A DNA stretch of 32,000 nt from Dickeya solani IPO 2222 (lineage in GTDB: Bacteria > Pseudomonadota > Gammaproteobacteria > Enterobacterales > Enterobacteriaceae). How positions within the stretch are numbered: the first letter of the stretch is position 1; each line of letters begins with the position of its first letter. The stretch covers positions 270,001 to 302,000 of the forward strand of contig NZ_CP015137.1 in NCBI RefSeq assembly GCF_001644705.1. Direction: 5' to 3'. A program made the position numbers and the translations under genes. The notes below the pieces were generated by a model. The model saw only the letters and a list, made by a program, of their open reading frames with translations, had not been told where the DNA came from and made no database searches. This document shows, one piece after another, positions 9,749-17,077 of this stretch.

Positions 9749-10250
9749 AGTGGCACCTTACAGTTTGTTTCACTGACCGTGCGACCCAAAGTCGACGGTG
9801 TTTTGTTCACAAATGAGGTTTGGCTTCCTTAGTAAGCCGTAACGCAGGTGGAATGAAAAAAGCCGATGCGAAGTTGGCGCGGTCGCCTTTACTGGCATCA
9901 CGGCGCGTTCGGCATCGGCGTTGAAGAATGGAGCGGGAATCACTCCGTGGACCATATCGCAACAAACAGAGGACAGTGAGAAAATGAAGCGGGAGGGAGA
10001 GCCTCCGCATCGATGAAGCGGTAAATACGGGCGAATTTGCTGACTATTCCGTCCAGGGAAGGACTCTACCATTCGCACTCCTCACTGTGACAATGACTAT
10101 TCGGGTGAATAATGATTGACCGTATCAGGCACCCGACATCTGAGGATGAAATTACCGCCCACAAATGTCATTAAGATGACAGTGCTATATTTTACCCCAA
10201 CCTGGCAAGTATTTTCACATTGTCATAACATAAAACTATGAGCTAGATTT

Positions 10251-10270
10251 CCTCCGCCGGTCAGCGGAGG
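10251..10270 (-). terminator. GC-rich hairpin 10 nt downstream of the fliZ stop (possible fliAZ terminator, poor U-tract)
   Basis: CCTCCGC-N6-GCGGAGG, a 7-bp stem. On the minus strand it is followed by AAATCTAGCTCATAGTTTTATG, which is only loosely U-rich. Confidence 0.4.
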
Positions 10271-10280
10271 AACGCGAAGG

Positions 10281-10793
10281 TTAGTAATGTTTCTGCCAGT
10301 GCAGATATTGATCGTACTTCCGCAGAGCACTGCGGTATGTATTCTGCTCGATATCAGGCAAATAATCGCAAATACGCTGCTGAATATTGCCATCCGAGGA
10401 GAAGCTTTCCTGCGGATAACTCTTCGCCAGTAGCAATTCATCCAGACGCCGCAGGCGGATGACATATTCCCGCATCGTGCTGTGGCGTACCTCAGTCTGT
10501 TCGATCAGATACTGCGTAAACGCTTTGATATCGAAATAATTGGCGTGTGTATTGCAGGATACTTCACTGCAAAAACGACATAGGGGGATGAGTTCTTCCT
10601 GCACAGATTCCCAGATAGTGTTGTCAATCAGTCGATCCATCATGGCTATCGACTTTTTATTGATGAGCTGATCGCGAAATACCAGCGAAACACGATCCAG
10701 TTCCTTGGCACAATTGGCGCAGTGTGTTTGCCTGTGTTTGAAGTCTTTCAAATAACGGCTCAGAAGCTGCTTCTTCCTGGTTGCTTGAGGCAT
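10281..10793 (-). CDS. fliZ: Flagellar regulatory protein FliZ
   Basis: LSRYLKDFKHRQTHCANCAKELDRVSLV...CRFCSEV.C...YVIRLRRL...YRSALRKYDQY aligns with E. coli FliZ (LSRYLKDFKHSQTHCAHCRKLLDRITLV...). It lies immediately downstream of fliA. Confidence 0.9.
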   Translation of the reverse strand: MPQATRKKQLLSRYLKDFKHRQTHCANCAKELDRVSLVFRDQLINKKSIAMMDRLIDNTIWESVQEELIPLCRFCSEVSCNTHANYFDIKAFTQYLIEQTEVRHSTMREYVIRLRRLDELLLAKSYPQESFSSDGNIQQRICDYLPDIEQNTYRSALRKYDQYLHWQKHY

Positions 10794-10847
10794 GAGTCCA
10801 TTCCTGACAGTAGTGTGGGTACAACTACATATCTGCGCGCTCCAAAA

Positions 10848-11570
10848 TTAAACGTCACTCATTAATTTCGCACGCAGACGCTTTATCGCCTGGCTATGCA
10901 ACTGACTAACGCGCGACTCCCCGACTTCCAGAACTGCCCCAATCTCCTTTAGGTTCAGTTCTTCCTGATAATAGAGGGTCAACACCATTTTCTCTCGCTC
11001 TGGTAGGCTTTCAATCGCGTCCATCACTCGCTGGCGTAAATTCACGTCCAGCAGTTGATTTAACGGATTCGCGTCCTCATTTCCTTCCAGTAACGCCTCA
11101 GCGCTATCTCCATGCTCTTCCCGCCATTCATCGTAAGAAAACAACTGGCTATTGTTGGTATCCAGAAGAATCTGGCGATACTCCTCCAGCGAGATATTCA
11201 GGGTTTGGGCCACTTCCTGTTCGGTAGGAGCCCGGCCGAGTGACTGTTCAGTCTGCTGCATTGCCTGCGCGACTTCCCGGGCGTTACGCCTGACACTGCG
11301 TGGCGCCCAGTCCCGGCTGCGCAGCTCATCCAGCATCGCGCCACGAATACGTTGCACGGCATAGGTGGTAAATGCCGTGCCTTGCAACGAATCATAACGT
11401 TCTACGGCACTGAGCAGCCCGATCCCCCCCGCTTGCAGGAGATCATCGAGCTCGACGCTTGCCGGAAGACGAACCTGTAAACGTAAGGCTTCATGGCGCA
11501 CCAGGGGAACATAGCGCTTCCATAATGAATTTTTATCCATTGTGCCTTCAGCGGTATACAGTTCGCTCAC
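10848..11570 (-). CDS. fliA: Flagellar sigma factor FliA (sigma28)
   Basis: SELYTAEGTMDKNSLWKRYVPLVRHEALRLQVRLPASVELDDLLQAGGIGLL... is more than 80% identical by eye to E. coli FliA. It uses a GTG start, as in E. coli. Confidence 0.97.
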   Translation of the reverse strand: MSELYTAEGTMDKNSLWKRYVPLVRHEALRLQVRLPASVELDDLLQAGGIGLLSAVERYDSLQGTAFTTYAVQRIRGAMLDELRSRDWAPRSVRRNAREVAQAMQQTEQSLGRAPTEQEVAQTLNISLEEYRQILLDTNNSQLFSYDEWREEHGDSAEALLEGNEDANPLNQLLDVNLRQRVMDAIESLPEREKMVLTLYYQEELNLKEIGAVLEVGESRVSQLHSQAIKRLRAKLMSDV

Positions 11571-11821
11571 AGTGATAAATACCTATAAAATTAAGGTGCT
11601 CAGTAACATTATGCGTTTAGCATACTATGGCAATCGGCAGAATAGGTGTAGAAAAAAGGCTTTTTTCAGATATGCAACCTGATTCCCATTTCTGAATATT
11701 GTAGCCGCTATAGCGTAAGGTGCGTACCTTCCCCCGGCCGGAGTAAGTCATTTTTTGTGATGTACACTTATTGACTGATAATGCAAGAAACTATTAATAC
11801 AATAATAGTCATGATGACAGA

Positions 11822-11855
11822 GGAATAAAGCACCATCCCACTGGCGCCTTATTCC
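11822..11855 (-). other. 13-bp-arm inverted repeat: a strand-specific RNA hairpin at the 3' end of the island operon, or alternatively an FlhD4C2-type box for fliA
   Basis: GGAATAAAGCACC-N8-GGCGCCTTATTCC lies 17 nt after the stop of the 11872 gene. The two mismatches become G.U pairs only in the minus-strand transcript. The minus-strand arm reads AACGGGAATAAGGCG, loosely like the FlhDC half-site AAYGSN2-3AAATARCG. Confidence 0.4.
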
Positions 11856-11871
11856 CGTTGCTCAACCGATT

Positions 11872-13299
11872 TTAGCTATTAAGCTTATTGCCATATTTTT
11901 CAATAAGATAATCTTTATATTTCGAATAGCGGTTTTGCGCATCCTTGATAGTAGTGACCACCCAGGCGAATGAGCTTTCTCTGTGATTGACATCACAGAC
12001 AAAAGACGCATCAATCCGCGCAATATGGGTTGATTTTCCCACCCCATCCAGAACGGAAGATAATGCAACCTGATCCAAAAACCAGACTGCATTATTCTTC
12101 ATCAAATTATTCCATATAAACAAAGCAACTTTTTTGATAAATCGTCTGGATTCCTCGCCACCGTTAAGGTAAACAAATCCGGCAATGGCTTTTTCCCAGA
12201 ACGGCGAACTTTCGCTTTTCGTCAAAGCAATATCCGCTGACGCAATAGTCTGCTCGACAAATAGCCAGCCATTCTTCATCAGGCAATCCGCATCAACAAT
12301 AATCAACGGCCCGTTGACGATAGGCAACAGATAATTGGCCGCAACAAACCGTCTGCAAGCATAGTGCACATTAATACCGAAAACATCAGCAATCGGTTCA
12401 GCCGTACAGGAAATATTCAGTTCAGGAAACTGTGTACGTTTCGCGTTGATATCATCAGCCGTCACCTCGTCAATATTATAGACGTGAAGGTGTACATTGA
12501 ATTTTTCACGGTTGGTTTCATAAAGTGAGTAAATCAGATGTACGGCATGCTGATGATAATATTTAACATCACACGCAATCAGTATGGTGGGTTTATCATT
12601 ATCATGATTTCTTTTATGTAACCATCGATAATGCTCATAACTGACGTTCTCTGTTTTCGATACCAGTGAACTGAAATCAATATATGAATCAGGATAACCA
12701 CCACTCTTGAATATGGTCGAGACGATCATCAGCAACGTCAGCGGGTCTTCACCAATAAGATAGGCGTTGGCGGTCATTCTTTTGACGAGCAACAGCGCAT
12801 ACTCGTAATCGTCTTCCAGAATACAGGTGAGCAGCAAAATCTTAAAAATAACAGGCACATCCTGTAGAGCGTCCAGGTTGTTCTCAATCAGAGCGACGGC
12901 ATGTTCTATCGCGCCAATCCGGAACAGCAACTGGATAGAGGCGACCAGATATTCAAGATTCGGCGCCAGCTCTAATACGTCGCTAAGATAACTGACAACA
13001 CTGTCGATATACTCGGCCGGCATATGCACCTGCTGACCGCTCCATTTTTCATCTAGCGCCAGATTAGACAAGGCAATCGCATTCAGCAGCAACTTCAGTG
13101 CGCGATCCTGCGCCTCCGGCAAATTGCTCTGGTTGGCAGCCAGATTTTTGTTCAGGGCATAAATATCGCAGCTTCTATTGACAATTACATCAACGACAAT
13201 CTCTTTCGGCAGGTTGCCAATATCGCCAATCATCAACTCCCGGCTGAACACATCCCGATAATATTGATGTGTCGATTTTACATGCGTGTAATCCGCCAT
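11872..13299 (-). CDS. Two-domain protein: N-terminal helical domain of unknown function plus a C-terminal GT-A fold (GT8-like) nucleotide-diphospho-sugar transferase
   Basis: The C-terminal half has GT8-like landmarks: ILIACDVKYYHQHAVHLIYSL (compare LgtC IVFAADDNYAAYL), a HLHVYN strand, YACRRFVAANYL, and a DxD motif in LIIVDADCL (nt 12286-12294). The ATG at 13299 has an AAGG upstream (the ORF-track TTG at 13305 is rejected). The coding call is firm; the function is inferred. Confidence 0.7.
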   Translation of the reverse strand: MADYTHVKSTHQYYRDVFSRELMIGDIGNLPKEIVVDVIVNRSCDIYALNKNLAANQSNLPEAQDRALKLLLNAIALSNLALDEKWSGQQVHMPAEYIDSVVSYLSDVLELAPNLEYLVASIQLLFRIGAIEHAVALIENNLDALQDVPVIFKILLLTCILEDDYEYALLLVKRMTANAYLIGEDPLTLLMIVSTIFKSGGYPDSYIDFSSLVSKTENVSYEHYRWLHKRNHDNDKPTILIACDVKYYHQHAVHLIYSLYETNREKFNVHLHVYNIDEVTADDINAKRTQFPELNISCTAEPIADVFGINVHYACRRFVAANYLLPIVNGPLIIVDADCLMKNGWLFVEQTIASADIALTKSESSPFWEKAIAGFVYLNGGEESRRFIKKVALFIWNNLMKNNAVWFLDQVALSSVLDGVGKSTHIARIDASFVCDVNHRESSFAWVVTTIKDAQNRYSKYKDYLIEKYGNKLNS

Positions 13300-13366
13300 A
13301 AACAACCTTCAATTCATTGTATTTACTGTTACGGCAACATGATCAGACATATTACAGAATGCCTTT

Positions 13367-13377
13367 CCGGGTGATCT
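13367..13377. repeat. Copy 1 of the intergenic 11-mer CCGGGTGATCT (followed by gCTcAACC), embedded in a hairpin
   Basis: An identical 11-mer recurs at 14608-14618 in the next intergenic spacer. Here it forms the left arm of TTTCCGGGTG-N11-CACCCGGGAAA (13364-13395), 8 nt after the FkbM gene stop. Confidence 0.5.
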
Positions 13378-13402
13378 GCTCAACCACCCGGGAAATGACT
13401 TA

Positions 13403-14488
13403 TCAGTTGTCCACCGGGATAAAGAACATGATGGTCTCAGCCCACCCTTCGGTATAGTGGCGCAGATGAATGCGATAATCATTCCGCAGGCTCAGGATAT
13501 ATTCGGGAATCTTCCAGAAGTCAGTCGGATAATGATAAACCGCCACCGCCAGTTTCGGGTGGTCATCCAGAATATGCTGTTTCATTCCGGTCAGCGCGGC
13601 AATTTCCGCCCCCTCCAGATCCAGCTTGATAAAAGTAACGGGCTCATTAACTACGCTATCCAGCGTCGCCACTTCAATTTTTACGTTCCCTTCTTCCGAA
13701 ATATGGCTGGCGGAGCCATCGCCCGAGGAAAAGCTCAGCGTCGTATTCCGATCGAACAATCCAAGCGGATGATAGGTAACGCCATGCAGATGCTGCATAT
13801 TCTTCTTAGCCAGAACCAGTGTATCGCTGCCCGGCTCGAAGAAATGGATGCCGCCATACCCTGGGCAACGTTTGGCGAATTCCAGGCTGGTAAAGCCATC
13901 AAACCCGCCGCCATCAACAAAAACTTCGCCATCGGAAAACGCAACGAACGGTTCGAAATACTGTCTGTCGACACAGAAATCGTATTTATCGATCGCGGCC
14001 AGATTGGCCTCCAGACGAAAACGCAAGATATCGTCAAATACCTGACGGGATTCATCATCGACCAGCAGCCCACGGATCCACTCGAATTTCGCAGTGTTGG
14101 TCGTATACTCTTTACGCATATCGGTAATGCATTCAAGCTGGGGAACCGCGCCGTGGCTCAGATCGGCAAACGCGAAATAGTCCATCACCTCATTGACGCC
14201 TGCCGCTTTCAGTTTTTCCACGCCGGTTCTGGGGCGGGAATTGGTCACAGCAGACACCACCATGCAGTCCTTCTCGATTTGATTCAGGCGCAGCACCGGC
14301 TTTCCCAGCCATGTCGTCAGGTCGGTATATTCGTCAATAAAACCGTCGACCGGCGCGACTCTGGCGACGGCCTCCGCATACTGGTTAACGCCCAGTACAT
14401 AGTGTTTAACACCATCGGCACGGGTAAACCGCTCAAAAAAGTCAGCTGGTGCGCTGTTCGCGGCCGCAGGCTTACTGGCTGTATTCAT
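13403..14488 (-). CDS. FkbM-family SAM-dependent methyltransferase
   Basis: The C-terminal half VFVDGGGFDGFTSLEFAK...FFEP....L..N...........LG..........(S)....FIKLDLEGAEIAAL is the FkbM (Methyltransf_21) pattern. The ATG at 14488 has a GGAGAG 8 nt upstream; the ORF-track GTG at 14545 is less likely. Confidence 0.85.
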   Translation of the reverse strand: MNTASKPAAANSAPADFFERFTRADGVKHYVLGVNQYAEAVARVAPVDGFIDEYTDLTTWLGKPVLRLNQIEKDCMVVSAVTNSRPRTGVEKLKAAGVNEVMDYFAFADLSHGAVPQLECITDMRKEYTTNTAKFEWIRGLLVDDESRQVFDDILRFRLEANLAAIDKYDFCVDRQYFEPFVAFSDGEVFVDGGGFDGFTSLEFAKRCPGYGGIHFFEPGSDTLVLAKKNMQHLHGVTYHPLGLFDRNTTLSFSSGDGSASHISEEGNVKIEVATLDSVVNEPVTFIKLDLEGAEIAALTGMKQHILDDHPKLAVAVYHYPTDFWKIPEYILSLRNDYRIHLRHYTEGWAETIMFFIPVDN

Positions 14489-14607
14489 TCGTCTTCTCTC
14501 CAATACTTTCTGATATCGTAATGAGTCATCACCCTCATCATGCACCGCTCCGCCATGGTGTTGTCAGCAAACGCGGCCTTACCAGTAAAAGTTTAGTGAC
14601 AGTAACA

Positions 14608-14618
14608 CCGGGTGATCT
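14608..14618. repeat. Copy 2 of the intergenic 11-mer CCGGGTGATCT (followed by CTaAACC)
   Basis: An exact repeat of 13367-13377, in the 191-nt spacer between the oxidoreductase and FkbM genes. Confidence 0.5.
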
Positions 14619-14679
14619 CTAAACCGATACAGTACAAAATCAGCAACACATTGATTTATATATTTATCAGATCACAGAT

Positions 14680-15813
14680 TTACTCCGTGATCCGAACCTT
14701 CTCTCCTTTATGCGCGCTGGCGGCGGCGGCCTGGAGATAACGAATACCGCGCATCGCAACATCGGCGCCAAACACATACTCGCACGCGCCTTCTTTCAGA
14801 TAAGAAGCAATGTCCTCGTAGTAATTGGCGAACGCTTCGATAAATCCGGCGGGGTGGCCGGCTTTAAAACGGTTGTAGCGTGGCTGCGATGCGATCAGGT
14901 TATCCGGGTGCGTTCTGTCGATCACGCAAGAGACGCCGTTGATATTGCTGAGCTTCAAATGCTCAGGGTCCATCTGCAACCATTCTGCCGATCCTTTGCT
15001 GCCATAAACCCGGATACGCAGCCCGTTGCGGTAACCCAGCGCCGCCTTGGTGTACCAGTAATTGCACACCACCTGATTGGTGTAACCGGAAATGCAGTGA
15101 ACCGTATCCACCACATCTGGGATTTCGCCGAACCGATGGTGCACCGCGTACACATCCTGCGCCTGCTCGCCAATAATGTAATCCACCATCTGATGGGCAT
15201 GCACCCCCAGATCCAGCGACACGGTAGGGATCACGCCGTCATGCTGGCGCCAGTCCTGCGGACGCGGCACCGCCCCGCTTTTCACATGACGCAGAAAGCC
15301 TTCCTGAGGCATTTCAACCATGACCTGCCGGATCTGCCCCAGCTCGCCATCGGCGATCCGCTGTTTCAGTTCCCTGACCATCGGGTAACCGGAATAATTG
15401 AAGGTAACCAGCAGCGTCCCGTTCATTTTTTCCAGCGCATGCTGAATCTCAGCCACTTCCTCCACGCTGGTTGCCAGCGACTTCTCACAGATCACCGGCA
15501 ATTGATGCTCAATACAGGCAATCACAATATCTTTATGCGTCGGCGTCGGTGTCAAAATAACGACCGCATCCAGTTTGCTGGCTTCCGCGTGCAAAAAGCT
15601 GGTCAGATCGCGGTACACGCGATCTTCATGAATTCCCCAACTGGCGGCGGTTTGCTGATTGATGTCATCATGGCGGCTGAAAAACCCCGATACCAGCTCG
15701 AACTGGCCATCCATCTGCGAAGCAATCTTGTGCGTTTCACCGATTGCCGAATTAATGCCCCCGCCGATGAAGCCGACTTTTAATGCCTCACCGTTGTTTG
15801 TCATGCTTTTCAT
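14680..15813 (-). CDS. Gfo/Idh/MocA-family NAD(P)-dependent oxidoreductase (sugar dehydrogenase-type)
   Basis: N-terminal Rossmann motif LKVGFIGGGINSAIGETH, then VVILTPTPTHKDIVIACIEHQLPVICEKSL (the family's EKP-like motif). Its ATG overlaps the upstream gene's TGA (ATGA, 15810-15813), indicating translational coupling. Confidence 0.88.
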   Translation of the reverse strand: MKSMTNNGEALKVGFIGGGINSAIGETHKIASQMDGQFELVSGFFSRHDDINQQTAASWGIHEDRVYRDLTSFLHAEASKLDAVVILTPTPTHKDIVIACIEHQLPVICEKSLATSVEEVAEIQHALEKMNGTLLVTFNYSGYPMVRELKQRIADGELGQIRQVMVEMPQEGFLRHVKSGAVPRPQDWRQHDGVIPTVSLDLGVHAHQMVDYIIGEQAQDVYAVHHRFGEIPDVVDTVHCISGYTNQVVCNYWYTKAALGYRNGLRIRVYGSKGSAEWLQMDPEHLKLSNINGVSCVIDRTHPDNLIASQPRYNRFKAGHPAGFIEAFANYYEDIASYLKEGACEYVFGADVAMRGIRYLQAAAASAHKGEKVRITE

Positions 15814-16997
15814 TTCTCTTTCCCCAGAAAAGAGTGGCTCACCACCAGATGGTGTTTCAGGTTTCCGGTATTTTTTAGCAGATGCGCTTTATCATTGAAG
15901 GTCATAAAGACGACGGCAGCCCGATCGCCTGGCGCCGGATTCAGCACTTCGCCGCTTTTTTTCAGCACGACACTCTCCAGTAATTCACCGGGCAACTGGT
16001 GATAACGCAGCGCGTTAAAGATCGTTTTTTCAGACACCGATACGGTATGTCTGGCTACATAATGGCGGGCCGCCGGCCGCTTATTGGCGAATGTCGACGG
16101 CAGCGATAAAAAAGGCGCCACAAAGTATTCCGCATAAGGGATATCGGTGGAGTAACGAATCAGCTGGCAATATAAATCGCCCGGGCAGCGCCGGGTCAGT
16201 TCGATCAGCCAAAAATCGTCGCCATTGGCGATAAATTGCGTATGCAGCAAGCCGTCACATAACTTCAGGTCGGCAACAATACTGTTGATGCAGTCACTGA
16301 CGGCATTTTTCAGCGTTTCACTCATTTGATGAGCCACACAGCTGCTGTTCACCTGATAAGGGTAGACGGTGCAATATTCATCAACAAAGAACTCACAGAC
16401 AATCTCGCCATTACGAATGAACGCCGAATGGCTGTGCAGCGATCCCTGCTTGAACTCTTCTATTACCACCTGGCCGCTTACCGATGCCGACGCGGCCGAC
16501 TGGTAAGCCGGCAGAATATCCTGCTCACGCTGAACCTGGGTAATACCGCGGCCACTGTAGGCATCGACAGGCTTGACCAGAATCGGATACGACAGTTGCC
16601 CCACCGACTCAATGTCACGCACCGCCTTAGGAATCGGCAGTCCCTTACGCTGCGCATAAGCACGAAACACATCCTTTTTCAGCAGGATCGCCGTTGTCTC
16701 AACCGAATCGAAACCGGGCATGCCCAGCGATTGCGCAACCCAGGCGCCGGTTTCGTAAGAGACATCCGTCACTCCGGGCAAAATAGCCTTAATATTTTTC
16801 TTTCTGACAATGCCGAGAATGGCCTCTTTGTCCGAATAATCTTCGACAATCGACCGGGTTGCCCGGATATGACCAGGATCGCCGGGTTTACCACTGCACA
16901 CACCAATCGCAACGCCCTGTTCCAGGCACGCCTCCAGCAGAGGCAGCGCCGAAAAACCCGCATCAAGCATTAAGGCATCTATAGTCGACATATCCAT
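15810..16997 (-). CDS. ATP-grasp domain ligase (carbamoyl-phosphate-synthase-like / carboxylate-amine ligase type)
   Basis: FRAYAQRKGLPIPK...YPILVKPVDAYSGRGITQV...VVIEEFKQG...WLIELTRRCPGD follows the ATP-grasp layout: the K of the B-loop region, an EE.. hinge, and E/N-type Mg ligand positions. Confidence 0.85.
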   Translation of the reverse strand: MDMSTIDALMLDAGFSALPLLEACLEQGVAIGVCSGKPGDPGHIRATRSIVEDYSDKEAILGIVRKKNIKAILPGVTDVSYETGAWVAQSLGMPGFDSVETTAILLKKDVFRAYAQRKGLPIPKAVRDIESVGQLSYPILVKPVDAYSGRGITQVQREQDILPAYQSAASASVSGQVVIEEFKQGSLHSHSAFIRNGEIVCEFFVDEYCTVYPYQVNSSCVAHQMSETLKNAVSDCINSIVADLKLCDGLLHTQFIANGDDFWLIELTRRCPGDLYCQLIRYSTDIPYAEYFVAPFLSLPSTFANKRPAARHYVARHTVSVSEKTIFNALRYHQLPGELLESVVLKKSGEVLNPAPGDRAAVVFMTFNDKAHLLKNTGNLKHHLVVSHSFLGKEK

Positions 16998-17077
16998 TCT
17001 CTGTTACCAATATTTTCTCAGGCTTCCCGCTGCGACAGGGAACACGCACGCCCCCTGGGGCGAGAGCAACCTGTCAC

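Noticed and set aside
9770-10078. A 102-aa ORF in-frame with and upstream of phoH, as a possible N-terminal extension or separate gene.
   Set aside because: It is separated from the phoH ATG by a TGA. It has no Shine-Dalgarno sequence, and its composition (Cys/Arg/Pro/Ser-rich, no motifs) looks non-coding. It is treated as leader sequence.
11866-11874. A shared CCGATTTT(T)A at both island borders (11866-11874 and 21902-21911) as possible target-site duplication or att repeats.
   Set aside because: An 8-9-mer match between two ~100-160-nt AT-rich border regions is close to chance expectation, and no mobility genes are present.
13457-14521. Very long antisense ORFs (for example 13457..14521, 14710..15783, 16326..16973, 1877..2365, 2639..3373, 3601..4413, 27683..28432, 28534..29586) that might suggest overlapping genes.
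   Set aside because: All are in the codon-aligned antisense frame of a well-supported gene (start offsets are multiples of 3 from the sense stop). In that frame stops arise only from sense TTA/CTA/TCA codons, which this genome avoids. The translated products are low-complexity, Arg/His/Gln-rich and motif-free. They are shadow ORFs.
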